Virus record (IMG/VR): IMGVR_UViG_3300025898_000005
Location: 124-64,123 of that record
From: a virus
Taxonomy: Duplodnaviria; Caudoviricetes
Reading direction: 5' to 3' (one strand)
DNA length: 64,000 nt
Of this stretch, positions 17,300-27,711 are shown in pieces. The position numbers and the translations under genes are program-made. Position 1 is the first letter of the stretch. Every line of letters begins with the position of its first letter. The notes under the pieces are model-generated. The model saw only the letters and a program-made list of their open reading frames with translations, was not told where the DNA came from and did not search any database.

Positions 17300-19975
17300 A
17301 TGGAAGGTAAAAGAATCGTTTTCACCACGGCCACGCCGAACGATCAGGGTGGAGTGATCCCGAACGATTCCCTAAATTTTGCCCGTTTTAGTCTTAACCC
17401 TGTAGTTCTTTGTCAGCATGATTGGAATGCCCCCCCGCTGGGAATAATGACCGACATCAAAAAGGATAAGGCTGGTAACTGGACCGGTATCCCGGTCTTC
17501 CACGGGATCACCAAAGAAAGCCAGGAATATAAGGCCATGTATGAAGGTGGCTGGATCCGGGCCTGCAGCATTGGTGGTGAAGCCGAATGGAAAACAAACA
17601 CCGCCGGCCAGACGGTGCTGGATGCCCAGGGAAACAAAGTGTGTGAGAAGTTCAACTTATATGAAATTTCCATTGTCACACTTCCTTCCAATCATGAAGC
17701 GGTTACCACGGATGCCCAACTGGCCGCTAAGATTTACGAGAAGACCGAACTGCAAAGTATTGCAAATCAAATTGTCTCACTTTCTTCACAATATAAAATT
17801 TCTGCAATGAAATTGTCCCCCTGGCAGGTAAAGCTGAAAGCCCTACAGACAGCCCTGGCGGCTGCAAAGGCCGAAGCCACTCCCAACGCCGAAACCATCG
17901 CCGTATTAACCACTGCCGTAGAAGAGGCGGAAGCCCTTGTCGCTGGCGAAACGGCCCGACTGGCTGCTGCTGGCGGAGGTGGTAACCAATCCCCTGCTGA
18001 TCCCAGCAATTCCCAGCTTCCCGGAGTGATCCAGGAAATTGTGAAGAACAATACATCCCTGATGGCAACTGTCCTTCAGTTCTTCATGGGAGGCAAAAAG
18101 GCTGACGGCACCAAACTGGAAGCCCCCGCACAAACCGGTCAACCATCTTCATCCATAAAGGATCCCACACAACCCCAACCCGGCCCAACCGGACTGGAAG
18201 CTGCCCGCGCTGCTGCAAAAAGTAAGGCTGAAAAAGCCACTGAGGCTGCACAAGCCGCCGTTGCCGCCGCCGCTTCCGCGAAGGAAAAAGCCGAAAAGGA
18301 AGGCGCTTCGAAAGAAGACCAGGATGCATATGCATCTGCGTACGCTGCTGCTGAAAAAGCATGCAATGACGCATTGGAGGCTGAAACTGCCTACAAATCC
18401 TGTATGGAAACGGACGACACTGACGAGATGAAGACAAAGAACGCTGCCAATCTGGAAGCGGCCAAGGTTCTGCTGGCTGCCGGCGGGTATAAGGTTACCC
18501 CTCCTGAAAAAGGAACCGATCAGACCACCATCGCGCTGAAAACGCCCGAACAACTGAAGGCCGCCAATCTCAAACTGGCCCCACAACCCGAATTAAAAAT
18601 CGTTATGAACAAACACAAAGGCGTTTCCTTCACGGAACTGACTTCCGCGAAGAATGAAGAAGGCCAGCGTATCCTGGGCAGGGTCATGACAAATGATGAT
18701 GGGAAAGAAATTTCCGATTACGCGGTCATCCTGCAATCCATCATGGAAGATGGGCGCCTTTCTGCAGTGGTCGAAAAGACCCGGATCATTGCCAACATCA
18801 ACCAGGGCGAATATGATTCCGCCCGCTCCCGCTCCGTGAATAAGAGTCGCGGCGGCATGACACTGCATTCCCTTTTAAACCAGTTGCAGTCCGGGCACGT
18901 TGAAGCCCTGGGCCGCGACAATACCGTCAGGACCATCACTTCCCTGGGCTCGAAAGGCCGGGAAATGTTGAAACTGAATTCCACCGACAACGCGCTGGCC
19001 GCTCCCGCGCTGACAACCATCGAATGGCTGTCCCTTGCAATCTTTACCCTGTTCCCGACCACATCGTGGAAGTCGAAAATCCCAATGTTTGGCGCTGAAA
19101 TGACCAGTGGAAACACCGGTCTGATCTGGGCAAACGTTGCGGCTGATCCCACCATCACCTTCGGTACTCAACCGGTCAGCCCGGCCGATTACCAGGTAGA
19201 TGATACCGCTGTATCGCTCACCCTGATCCCTAGCTGGTTACAACCTATGCTCTGGACCCCGTTGACGCTGCATCAGTTACGGTATGATAAAATGGCCGTA
19301 CAATGGGCCCAGGCGTTCGCTAAGTGGGGTGCAGCTTATGATGACAAACTGATCTTTACGCTGGCTTCCACGGTACCGGCCGGTTCGATCATCCAGACTA
19401 TCGGACAAAAATCCGGTACACCTCCGAATGGTTCCTTTACCCTTACCGGTGCGAATGATCCGAATGCCTTCTTCTACAATCCGACCCTGCTGACGGCGCT
19501 GGCTACTCCTGCGTACAATGACATCACCCGGATTGAACAGATTTACAACAAACAAAATTTCCAACTGGAAAATGAAGAACCTGTGCTGGTCATTGATCCC
19601 ACCCAGGAAGCCTTCATTTCTCTGGACCCCGATACGAAGAGCCTGCTGACCCGCTGGATTGAATCCAACAAGGCCGATCTGCTGCGTATCAAACATACGG
19701 TCTTAAATCAACGTAGCCGGGTAGCCATTTACGATCCGGCCACTGGACAGGTGAAAGATCCTTCCGGTATCATCCCGGCGACCGCCGTTTCTGCTGGCAT
19801 CGGCTTCATCCCCAACCAGGTCGGTATCGGCCTGGGTATGCTGGATGTGTTCATGATCCAGGACCCGACCGCCTACGGTTACCGGATGTCGGCCGACATG
19901 CGTCAGGGTATTGTCCCCCTCCGTGCGAATTTCAACGGTACCACGCTGTACACTTACGGTACCCCGAACGTATAA
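17300..19975 (+). CDS. Fused HK97-type prohead protease - scaffold - major capsid protein
   Basis: NPVVLCQHDW, ACSIG, LYEISIVTLPSN protease motifs; Ala/Glu/Lys-rich middle; capsid-like C-terminus; no separate capsid gene seen. Confidence 0.8.
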   Translation: MEGKRIVFTTATPNDQGGVIPNDSLNFARFSLNPVVLCQHDWNAPPLGIMTDIKKDKAGNWTGIPVFHGITKESQEYKAMYEGGWIRACSIGGEAEWKTNTAGQTVLDAQGNKVCEKFNLYEISIVTLPSNHEAVTTDAQLAAKIYEKTELQSIANQIVSLSSQYKISAMKLSPWQVKLKALQTALAAAKAEATPNAETIAVLTTAVEEAEALVAGETARLAAAGGGGNQSPADPSNSQLPGVIQEIVKNNTSLMATVLQFFMGGKKADGTKLEAPAQTGQPSSSIKDPTQPQPGPTGLEAARAAAKSKAEKATEAAQAAVAAAASAKEKAEKEGASKEDQDAYASAYAAAEKACNDALEAETAYKSCMETDDTDEMKTKNAANLEAAKVLLAAGGYKVTPPEKGTDQTTIALKTPEQLKAANLKLAPQPELKIVMNKHKGVSFTELTSAKNEEGQRILGRVMTNDDGKEISDYAVILQSIMEDGRLSAVVEKTRIIANINQGEYDSARSRSVNKSRGGMTLHSLLNQLQSGHVEALGRDNTVRTITSLGSKGREMLKLNSTDNALAAPALTTIEWLSLAIFTLFPTTSWKSKIPMFGAEMTSGNTGLIWANVAADPTITFGTQPVSPADYQVDDTAVSLTLIPSWLQPMLWTPLTLHQLRYDKMAVQWAQAFAKWGAAYDDKLIFTLASTVPAGSIIQTIGQKSGTPPNGSFTLTGANDPNAFFYNPTLLTALATPAYNDITRIEQIYNKQNFQLENEEPVLVIDPTQEAFISLDPDTKSLLTRWIESNKADLLRIKHTVLNQRSRVAIYDPATGQVKDPSGIIPATAVSAGIGFIPNQVGIGLGMLDVFMIQDPTAYGYRMSADMRQGIVPLRANFNGTTLYTYGTPNV

Positions 19976-20034
19976 TTTTAACCCCGGATGGGCTGCTGAC
20001 CAAACTTAGGCGGTCCATCCTCAATACTTTTCAG

Positions 20035-20538
20035 ATGAAAAAGTTTCTCGTTCTCTCTTTTTTGGTGATCGGCTTCATTGCCAGCACTTTCGCCCAGACC
20101 CGGGTGGTAAATACCGGCGTATTGACCCAGGGACAGTTCCTGGATTTCGGTGGCACCTACCCCAATGGCGGAACCCTGAATCCTTCGGATTCCCTGCAGG
20201 TATCGGATTCCATCGCGTATTTTATCCCGGTGCAGCATACGAATAATTTATCACCATACCTTACCTGGTATTGGAATAAGATCGGCGCTGGCACGGCGAC
20301 CATTACGTTGACCTTTTTGCAGTCCAATGATAACGTCAACTGGTTCGCGGTACCGAAGGGCGCCGCTCAATCTGCCTATTCCAAATCCTACACATTGTCC
20401 GCAAATACGTGGAGCAACGTATCTTTTAAACAGGATACGGCTATTTTTGAGGGGCGATATCTGAAGGTCTACTTCATTACCTCTTCCACCGCCAGCGTAA
20501 AAGGCAAACTTTTCAACCGGCTCAAAACCTCCTTTTAA
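20035..20538 (+). CDS. Signal-peptide beta-sandwich protein at the head-decoration position
   Basis: MKKFLVLSFLVIGFIASTFA|Q; LQSNDNVNW...GRYLKV; DSL, DSI, DTA sequons. Confidence 0.7.
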   Translation: MKKFLVLSFLVIGFIASTFAQTRVVNTGVLTQGQFLDFGGTYPNGGTLNPSDSLQVSDSIAYFIPVQHTNNLSPYLTWYWNKIGAGTATITLTFLQSNDNVNWFAVPKGAAQSAYSKSYTLSANTWSNVSFKQDTAIFEGRYLKVYFITSSTASVKGKLFNRLKTSF

Positions 20539-20573
20539 TAACCCGGGCCGGGATAGGCCATAAAACTGCGTAT

Positions 20574-21173
20574 ATGATTTTCAAGACCCATGCGTACAAC
20601 ATTCCCCAGATAGCCGCTGCCCTGAGAAAGCACGATGCTGTCTGGTTCCACGGAGATGGTAATATGTATCCTACGGACAAGGAATCCCTGAACCACCGGA
20701 ATTTCGTCAATCCCAAACAGGAAGAGGCGACTTACCGGTATAAGTTTACCAGTGCCAGACAGTTGCCGCCATTCATAAATGGCAGCACAATGGAAGAAAC
20801 GGAGCGATTGAACGCGGATTCGGTGGATAAACTGAATGAAATGCTGATGTCTTCCAGGAACACAGAAATACGGGATGAACGTAAATCGGTACAAACGTCC
20901 AATATTCTCAGCATGGATATGCATGAGGATCTGCAACCGAAGGGGAAGGCGGCGCAACCTGAAGAGGTAAAGGAGAAAGGCCCCGCCCCCTTACAGATTG
21001 ATCCCAATGCCCTGCTGGCTGAAAAGATGAAGGCTTTGGACGATAAGATGGCCCTTTTGGAAAGCAGGAGCAAAGAACTGGAAAAAAGATCGGCGGAAAT
21101 CGATAAGAAGGCCGCTGAATTGAATAAAAAGGCCGGAAAGGGTACTGCAGCTGGTGAAGACTCGCAGGCATAA
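20574..21173 (+). CDS. Hypothetical protein with C-terminal coiled coil
   Basis: Lies between the head genes and the sheath. Confidence 0.65.
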   Translation: MIFKTHAYNIPQIAAALRKHDAVWFHGDGNMYPTDKESLNHRNFVNPKQEEATYRYKFTSARQLPPFINGSTMEETERLNADSVDKLNEMLMSSRNTEIRDERKSVQTSNILSMDMHEDLQPKGKAAQPEEVKEKGPAPLQIDPNALLAEKMKALDDKMALLESRSKELEKRSAEIDKKAAELNKKAGKGTAAGEDSQA

Positions 21174-21198
21174 CCCTGGATAGGCACAAAACTTTTAC

Positions 21199-22587
21199 AT
21201 GGATCACCCTATTTCCATATCGATCATCAATAATTCAGTCGGGATTCCCCAAAGTTCCGATGGGATCATGATGATCTTTGCCCAGGCAGTTGCGGTCACT
21301 TCCACCTTTTCCCTCAATACGCCCTACCTGATTACAGGTCTGACGGATTTGACGGCGTTGGGGATCACGGCGGCTTATGATGCTACCAATGGCACAGCGG
21401 TATATCAACAGGTCAGTGATTTCTATCTGACCGGCGGCGATGGAACGCTGCTATGGCTGGTAGGGGTGCCAACAAATACGGCCTATGCCACCTATGTAGC
21501 GGCCACGCTATTTGATACCCTTGTCCGGTTCACGGCCCAGGCCGATCCCAACAACCGGGTGAAAATGCTGGGGCTTACCTACGCGCCGCCGACCACCCTG
21601 ATGACGGCCACGGACTTCCCGGCAGATGTGCCGGCGGCAGTCACCGCCCTGCAGACGAAGCAAATCGCTTTATTCCAGTTGGGGTATCAATTCAGTGCCA
21701 TCGTGGACGGCTATAATATGTCCTCTACGGTAACACCTTCCACCATCGGCACCCAGGCCACCAATTCGGCCTATGCAATATCGCTTTGTATTACCGGATC
21801 CCGGCCAAATGGAACATCCGGCGTGGGGCTGGCCTTGGGCCGCTTCGCACGGATCAGTATCGGCCATGGTTTGGGGGCAGTAAATGATGGCGCCGTTCCT
21901 ATCAGTGCGGCCTACCTGACCAACAGCGTGCAAACGACGACCGCTTCCACCCTGGTGGTAGGGCATATTTATACAGTGCTGGGCGGGACGGTGACTTACA
22001 ATGCTGTCACCTATCCACTGGGGGCACAATTCACTGCAGTAACCGGCCATACCACCTATACTACCGCCGATACCGGCTTTCTGGTGGACAATATCACGCC
22101 CATCGGAAATATCAATGGCACGACCCTTACCGGTCTTTCGCCGGCCGATATTACCAGCCTTGGCCAAAAGCAGTTCATGTTCCTGCGGACCTGGTTCGGG
22201 CAGGCCGGATATTTCTGGAATGATGCAGCCACCTGCAATCCCAGCACCAAGGCCTTATCTTCCCAGGAATACAACCGAGTGGCCAACCATCTGGCGGCTG
22301 CCGCGCTGGCCTTCTTTACGGTACAGATGGGTGCTAACCTGCCTATCGATACGGCCACTGGGTCGGTCGCCCAGGGCTGGCTGTCCACCATCACCCAGCA
22401 GTTTACCGAACAGTTCATCGATCCGATATCGGAAAATACCGGTACGGGCGATATCTCCGGAGCTACGTTGACGGTGACCGGCGCCAACTTCCTGGCCACA
22501 AAGACGCTCGTTTTCTCATTAAAGATAGTGCCCACTGTTATCCTGGGCGGGGTAACCGGCACCATTCAATTCACCGCAACACTGTAA
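21199..22587 (+). CDS. Contractile tail sheath protein (DUF2586-like)
   Basis: VYQQVSDFY, GLALGR, FMFLRTW.GQAGYFWND..T, EYNRVAN motifs. Confidence 0.8.
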   Translation: MDHPISISIINNSVGIPQSSDGIMMIFAQAVAVTSTFSLNTPYLITGLTDLTALGITAAYDATNGTAVYQQVSDFYLTGGDGTLLWLVGVPTNTAYATYVAATLFDTLVRFTAQADPNNRVKMLGLTYAPPTTLMTATDFPADVPAAVTALQTKQIALFQLGYQFSAIVDGYNMSSTVTPSTIGTQATNSAYAISLCITGSRPNGTSGVGLALGRFARISIGHGLGAVNDGAVPISAAYLTNSVQTTTASTLVVGHIYTVLGGTVTYNAVTYPLGAQFTAVTGHTTYTTADTGFLVDNITPIGNINGTTLTGLSPADITSLGQKQFMFLRTWFGQAGYFWNDAATCNPSTKALSSQEYNRVANHLAAAALAFFTVQMGANLPIDTATGSVAQGWLSTITQQFTEQFIDPISENTGTGDISGATLTVTGANFLATKTLVFSLKIVPTVILGGVTGTIQFTATL

Positions 22588-22590
22588 GCC

Positions 22591-23007
22591 ATGCCAGATT
22601 ATAATCAACTCATATTAACCGGCGCCGATTACAAGTTCACCCTGGCGATCAATGGGGGCGGTGTCTATCCGCTGCGGACGGTGGACAGCGTGAGCATGGA
22701 TATTAAAGCGGAAGAAGAACTGATCTATGCCACCGGTGAACAAGATCCCATCGGCAATAAGCAGAATGCTAATTCCTATGGGGGAAAGATCACGATGCAG
22801 GCCGGGGAATTGAATCCTATCCTGCTGATCGAAGGTCTTAAAAAAGCCATCGATATAAAAGGCGCCACCTTTGCCGCCACCGCTATCCGTGGCGGCCTGA
22901 ACTGGATTTTTAAAGGCGTAAATATTAACTCTCAAACGACATCCGTTAAGAGAAAGGATAAAGAAACGTTGTCCGATATGAATTTCACATCCATCGGATT
23001 GGTGTAA
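22591..23007 (+). CDS. Tail tube protein
   Basis: Follows the sheath; EELIYATGEQDPIG...SYGGKITM. Confidence 0.7.
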   Translation: MPDYNQLILTGADYKFTLAINGGGVYPLRTVDSVSMDIKAEEELIYATGEQDPIGNKQNANSYGGKITMQAGELNPILLIEGLKKAIDIKGATFAATAIRGGLNWIFKGVNINSQTTSVKRKDKETLSDMNFTSIGLV

Positions 23008-23028
23008 ACTGCTAAACTGTAAGTCTAT

Positions 23029-23454
23029 ATGAGCGATCAACAAACATTTTCCAGGGAAGTGACCTATTTAACTGCGGGATTTGATGGAACAAATCATGTG
23101 GTCACCCCCGTCACCAAAATAGTCACCTTTAAAGAATTGGATTCCAGAGATCAGGATCAGCATAAACTGCATTTCAAGATCATGTCCTTGTATACCAGCC
23201 AGCCGGATCAGGAAGATGGCGAACCTGTCATTAAAGATGGTAAACGCCATGTGGATGTGGATACCGATAAGATATACGAACTGACCGTGGCGGCTATCAG
23301 GAAATTGGTGATCACCGATGATACTGAATTTACCAAGATCGATAAACAGGAGTTTCTGGCGGATTCAAAGGCCCTGCTGCCCTTCGGCATGTGGTTCCTG
23401 ACGGAAAAGGCGTTCCCTTTTTTTCACGACACGACGCCGAACTCGAAGACTTAA
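23029..23454 (+). CDS. Tail assembly chaperone (G-like)
   Basis: Between tube and tape measure; slippery CCCTTTTTTT at 23415-23424. Confidence 0.7.
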   Translation: MSDQQTFSREVTYLTAGFDGTNHVVTPVTKIVTFKELDSRDQDQHKLHFKIMSLYTSQPDQEDGEPVIKDGKRHVDVDTDKIYELTVAAIRKLVITDDTEFTKIDKQEFLADSKALLPFGMWFLTEKAFPFFHDTTPNSKT

Positions 23455-23648
23455 AAGAACAGCCCGTGGAGGCTTTAAATCGGCTTATCGCCCGGGACAA
23501 TGTTTTTTATAAAAAAGCATTATTCCGGGCTTTTTTTGGCATGGGTAAAAAGGAATTGGACCGGCTGACAATGCGGCAATACATTGATTATAATATTGTT
23601 CTCCGGGATGTGCTGAATTTATGGCATGCCCCGTTTCAAAAAGACTGA
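23415..23648 (+). CDS. Tail assembly chaperone -1 frameshift extension (T-like)
   Basis: The -1 frame is open from the slippery site to 23648. Confidence 0.7.
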   Translation, partial: PFFSRHDAELEDLKEQPVEALNRLIARDNVFYKKALFRAFFGMGKKELDRLTMRQYIDYNIVLRDVLNLWHAPFQKD

Positions 23649-23650
23649 TC

Positions 23651-25462
23651 ATGGCAACATATGGGTTCGATATAAATATGGGGGGGCAGATCCTGGAACA
23701 GATGAAGAAGGTCGAAAAGGCCATGGAATCCATGTCCAACAAGGTCAGCCATGAAACCCAAAAGATCGGTCAGCAGTTTAAGGAAATGGAAGAGCGGGTC
23801 CAGTCCGTTGGCCGCTATATCGTAGAGGCCTTCGCTGTAGAAAGGCTTTACGAATTCGGAAAGGAAATCCTGCAGTTGACGGCAGAATTCGAAGGATATC
23901 GCAACGTGATCAAATATGCCAGCATCAATTCCTATGATGCCGGGCAAAACCTGGAATATGTGGAAGGCGCCGTGAAGCGGCTGCACCTTCCGATAAAGGA
24001 AGCCATTGAATCTTTCAGCGAAATGCAGGCGGGGTTCTATGGGACCGGCATCGAAGGGGATCGCCTTCGGAAGGTGTTCGAAGGTGTGTCAACGGCCGCG
24101 ACCGTCTTGCATCTGTCCGCCTACCGGTTCGGGAATGTCACCTTCGCCCTGAAGGAAATCGGAGAACTGGGCACCTTGCAGGCCAGGCAAATGCGGATGC
24201 TGGCCTTCTCTCTCCCTGGTGCGATGGAACTGGCGGCCAAGTCCATGAAAATGAGCGAAGAGCAATTTCACGGAGCGATGAAACGGGGGCAAATATCCTC
24301 TGGGCAGTTCCTGATGAACTTTTCCGCCCAACTGCAGCAGCACTTCGAACGGGGACTGGCCAATGCGGGCAATTCCCTGATCGCAAAGATGAACGATACG
24401 AAGAATGCCTTTACCGAAAAACTCCTGGATATGGGGGAACGCCTCCGGCCGACATTTATTTCTATCATGAACGGGATCATATCTGTTCTGGATAGTGCCC
24501 CCGTGCAGGCCTTCATCAATAACCTGGAAGGCATTGTCCGGGTGCTGGGCAAGATTCTGCCGATGTGGCTGATCTATAAAGGCACCATGCTTAGTATATC
24601 AGCAGCGACCACGGCCTTCCGTTGGTCCCAGATGCTGCTGGCGGCAACGATGGGGGAAACTACCGTGGTGATCAATGGGGCGACCGTGGCCGTGGAGGGG
24701 TTTGAAACGGCCCTGCTGTCCACGGGGGTCGGTGCCTTCGCCGTGATCCTGGGCTTCCTTATTGAGAAGATGAACGAAATGGACACTAAGTTTGAAGGGA
24801 TTATTGAAAAACTGGGTCATCTGAAGGAAGCAACGAATGGCCTAAATGATGCCCAGAAATCCTATGAACGTATCCAAGGGGCTTTCAATAATCGGGAAAG
24901 TCCTGATATGACCGGGGCCGATAAGGGGATGATGCTGAACGAAGCCCAGACCAATTTCCAGGCGATTGGTAAATTAATAAGCCAGCAGACGGAGGCCCAG
25001 CTTGCCGATGCTAAAAATAATCTTGCCCGGATTACCCATGAATATAATTTGCGCCCGGAAAGCCAGCGGGATGAAAAGAACGCCTTTCTGTTTGATAAAG
25101 AAAGGAACGCCCTTATTAACAGCATCAACGGCTTAACCGATGCCCTGACGGCTGAAAAGAAAATACAGGCGGGTTATGCGGGGATCATCAATACCTTGGG
25201 CAGCGAAGGGATCAAAGGGTATAAGGCGCCCCCCCTGCCGGCGGGTTCCGGATCCCAAAACGAAGCCCTTTCAACGGTGAACCTATCCGGAGCGAAGGGC
25301 GGCCTGGGGGAGGCGAAGACCATTATCATCCATTTCCATGATGCCCTGCAAAAGGTGACTGTCGGCGTGCCTGGTAACATAAAGGAAGCCGGCCAGCAGG
25401 CGGTGGAAGTGATCCTTCGGGCGCTCAATAATCTTGCCTATCAACAATCCAGAACCATGTAA
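23651..25462 (+). CDS. Tape measure protein
   Basis: Helical tape-measure domain (ALKEIGELGTLQARQMR...LPGAMELAAKSM) and hydrophobic segments. Confidence 0.85.
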   Translation: MATYGFDINMGGQILEQMKKVEKAMESMSNKVSHETQKIGQQFKEMEERVQSVGRYIVEAFAVERLYEFGKEILQLTAEFEGYRNVIKYASINSYDAGQNLEYVEGAVKRLHLPIKEAIESFSEMQAGFYGTGIEGDRLRKVFEGVSTAATVLHLSAYRFGNVTFALKEIGELGTLQARQMRMLAFSLPGAMELAAKSMKMSEEQFHGAMKRGQISSGQFLMNFSAQLQQHFERGLANAGNSLIAKMNDTKNAFTEKLLDMGERLRPTFISIMNGIISVLDSAPVQAFINNLEGIVRVLGKILPMWLIYKGTMLSISAATTAFRWSQMLLAATMGETTVVINGATVAVEGFETALLSTGVGAFAVILGFLIEKMNEMDTKFEGIIEKLGHLKEATNGLNDAQKSYERIQGAFNNRESPDMTGADKGMMLNEAQTNFQAIGKLISQQTEAQLADAKNNLARITHEYNLRPESQRDEKNAFLFDKERNALINSINGLTDALTAEKKIQAGYAGIINTLGSEGIKGYKAPPLPAGSGSQNEALSTVNLSGAKGGLGEAKTIIIHFHDALQKVTVGVPGNIKEAGQQAVEVILRALNNLAYQQSRTM

Positions 25463-25465
25463 CCA

Positions 25466-26089
25466 ATGGCATTCATTCATATAAATACCGTCGACGTCCG
25501 TTATCATGGGAAGATATTACCCCGCGATGCTGCCCCGCTGAAGGTGTTCGTACCTGATCCCAACGTGGATTATGCAAATAATACTTTGCCGGGAGGTGCC
25601 CCGCCGCCATTGATCCCTTTCACAGATCCTACCAACAATCCTAAGTATCTGGTCATCGGTCCGGTAGTATTGCCGCCGGACAGTAAGATTGAAATAACCA
25701 ATAAGAAGATTGTGGTGCTGACCCACATCTTGGATGGGCCCAGCGTATTTGAAAGGATCAGCAGAGAACCGGCAGATATTGAAATAGAATGCGTTCTGCG
25801 GATGCAAAACCAGGGGGGAGTCACTTTTTACAATACCAACAACCAGCCGCCAGGGCTGGCAGGACCGGTGGCGGATATATTTCCCGTGCAGTATATGGAA
25901 GATATCTGGAACCAGATATGGCTGCCGGATTCCGTGCAGACGGTCAACAATAGTTATTTAAACAAGCTAAATATCAGCCAGTTAGTGATCGAACACATTT
26001 CAGCCCATGTACAGCGGGGATCCACCAATATCCTGCTGCATCTGAAATGTTTCGAAAATGTACCTGGTCAAAGCCTTATAATCGGATAG
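25466..26089 (+). CDS. Tail initiator / distal-tail-like protein
   Basis: KKIVVLT..LDG.SVFE.IS...IEIEC...VNNSYLNKLNISQLVI; follows the tape measure. Confidence 0.6.
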   Translation: MAFIHINTVDVRYHGKILPRDAAPLKVFVPDPNVDYANNTLPGGAPPPLIPFTDPTNNPKYLVIGPVVLPPDSKIEITNKKIVVLTHILDGPSVFERISREPADIEIECVLRMQNQGGVTFYNTNNQPPGLAGPVADIFPVQYMEDIWNQIWLPDSVQTVNNSYLNKLNISQLVIEHISAHVQRGSTNILLHLKCFENVPGQSLIIG

Positions 26090-27148
26090 ATGTATTTTAA
26101 CGGGAAAATATCGGTTACGATCACAAACCAAACTACCGGCAGGGTGGCCCAGTTGCAGACTGTCCATTCCGTGCATACTAAAAATGACAGTAAGGAGATA
26201 GGAGCTTCCTGTGATATCGTTGTTCCCCTGGCTACCCGGGTACAATATCAGGACGGTGCCCATGATTACCTTACGGCGATCACTAAGACCCTTTTTTCCA
26301 CAGGGGATGCAGTGCTGGTCAAAGCCCACTATGAGACAAATGAAAACGGATTTTTGGAAATCCTTCCTGAAATTGAAGTTTTCAACGGCTTCGTCTATGA
26401 GTTTATTGAGGCCACCCCGATGAAGATTCGGTGCCTGGACAATATCTTCATGCTCAATCAGTCCGTTATCAACCTGAATAAGGGATCGATAAAACTGAAG
26501 GACCTGCTGAACCTGGTGCTCAAAGGGACGGGGATCGACCTGCAATTGCCGACCCTGGACCTTTCCCTGGTCAATATTACATTCCGCCTTATGAGCCCGG
26601 CTGCCATTCTGGAATGGATCAAAAAGGAACTGGGCCTGAATATTAGCCTGCATGGCCGCACCCTTTATTGCAATATTGCCAGCAACACGCTGAACGTGGT
26701 CAATTTCGATACCCGGCGCAACGTGATCAAAAGCAACCTGCAAAAGCCGGAAGCGGTATACCTGAAGATTCAAGTGAAATGCTGGTTTATTATGGAAAAC
26801 GGGAAGAAGGCCAGCCTGGAAGTGGGGGAGCCCGGGGGGGAAATCCGGGAAGTATTCTTTTACCGGATACCGTTTGACCTGGCGAAATATGAGCAACTGG
26901 CCAAAGAAGCCCTTATCAAATATAAGCAGTTCAAGTACAGCGGAAATATTGAGACTTATCTATATCCCGACTGCCATCTATTCGATAAGGTAGTGTATTT
27001 AGATGCCCGGTACCCGGACAGGAATGGGAATTACACGGTGGTGGCGATCAATCACGAAATTGATGATAAAGGCTACCACCGGAAGATAAAACTGGCCTAT
27101 CTGTCTGACATTCCATCACCCCCCACCATAATACCCACATCAAATTGA
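26090..27148 (+). CDS. Baseplate hub (late control D / gp44-like)
   Basis: Position, size, EVFNGFV and YPDRNGNY.V motifs. Confidence 0.7.
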   Translation: MYFNGKISVTITNQTTGRVAQLQTVHSVHTKNDSKEIGASCDIVVPLATRVQYQDGAHDYLTAITKTLFSTGDAVLVKAHYETNENGFLEILPEIEVFNGFVYEFIEATPMKIRCLDNIFMLNQSVINLNKGSIKLKDLLNLVLKGTGIDLQLPTLDLSLVNITFRLMSPAAILEWIKKELGLNISLHGRTLYCNIASNTLNVVNFDTRRNVIKSNLQKPEAVYLKIQVKCWFIMENGKKASLEVGEPGGEIREVFFYRIPFDLAKYEQLAKEALIKYKQFKYSGNIETYLYPDCHLFDKVVYLDARYPDRNGNYTVVAINHEIDDKGYHRKIKLAYLSDIPSPPTIIPTSN

Positions 27149-27711
27149 ACGAAGAAATCGAAATACAGGACGCGGTGGAACTGGCCATTAAATCGATCAT
27201 GCGGAACTGCGTGACGGTGGAAGGAACGATCACGAAAGTGAATAATGACTTTACCGTCGATGTGACAGTGGGAAAGGATGAAGTGGATGGGGGCAGCACT
27301 TTTTATTCCGTTCCTATGATGTGCCTGCCGGCGGTACAGGCTTCCGTTATCCAGATTCCGAAACTGAATTCGGACTGCCATATTTCCTTCCTGGATAATA
27401 CGCTGGAACGTCCCCAGCTGGTGCGGGTCAATGAGGTAACGGATTATCTGATCGGCACCCAGGCGGGACAGGTAAATATAAAAGTGAACGGGGGAACGCT
27501 GGGGGGCATACCGAAGGCGAAGGAAATTCAAACCCAAAGCAATTTGGATAAAGCCATCCTGCAGGCATTCCTTCAGATCATCAATGGACCGCCAATCGAT
27601 GAACCAGGGAATGGTGCCCCATCTGCCCTGCAGATTGCCCTGAAGGCGGCACTGGCTGGCAAACAACCGGGGACCTGGGATAATCTTGAAAACCCAAAAT
27701 TTACGCAATGA
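27145..27711 (+). CDS. Baseplate spike (gpV-like)
   Basis: OB-fold N-terminus; NGGTLGGIPK...LENPKFTQ; TTG start. Confidence 0.65.
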   Translation: MNEEIEIQDAVELAIKSIMRNCVTVEGTITKVNNDFTVDVTVGKDEVDGGSTFYSVPMMCLPAVQASVIQIPKLNSDCHISFLDNTLERPQLVRVNEVTDYLIGTQAGQVNIKVNGGTLGGIPKAKEIQTQSNLDKAILQAFLQIINGPPIDEPGNGAPSALQIALKAALAGKQPGTWDNLENPKFTQ

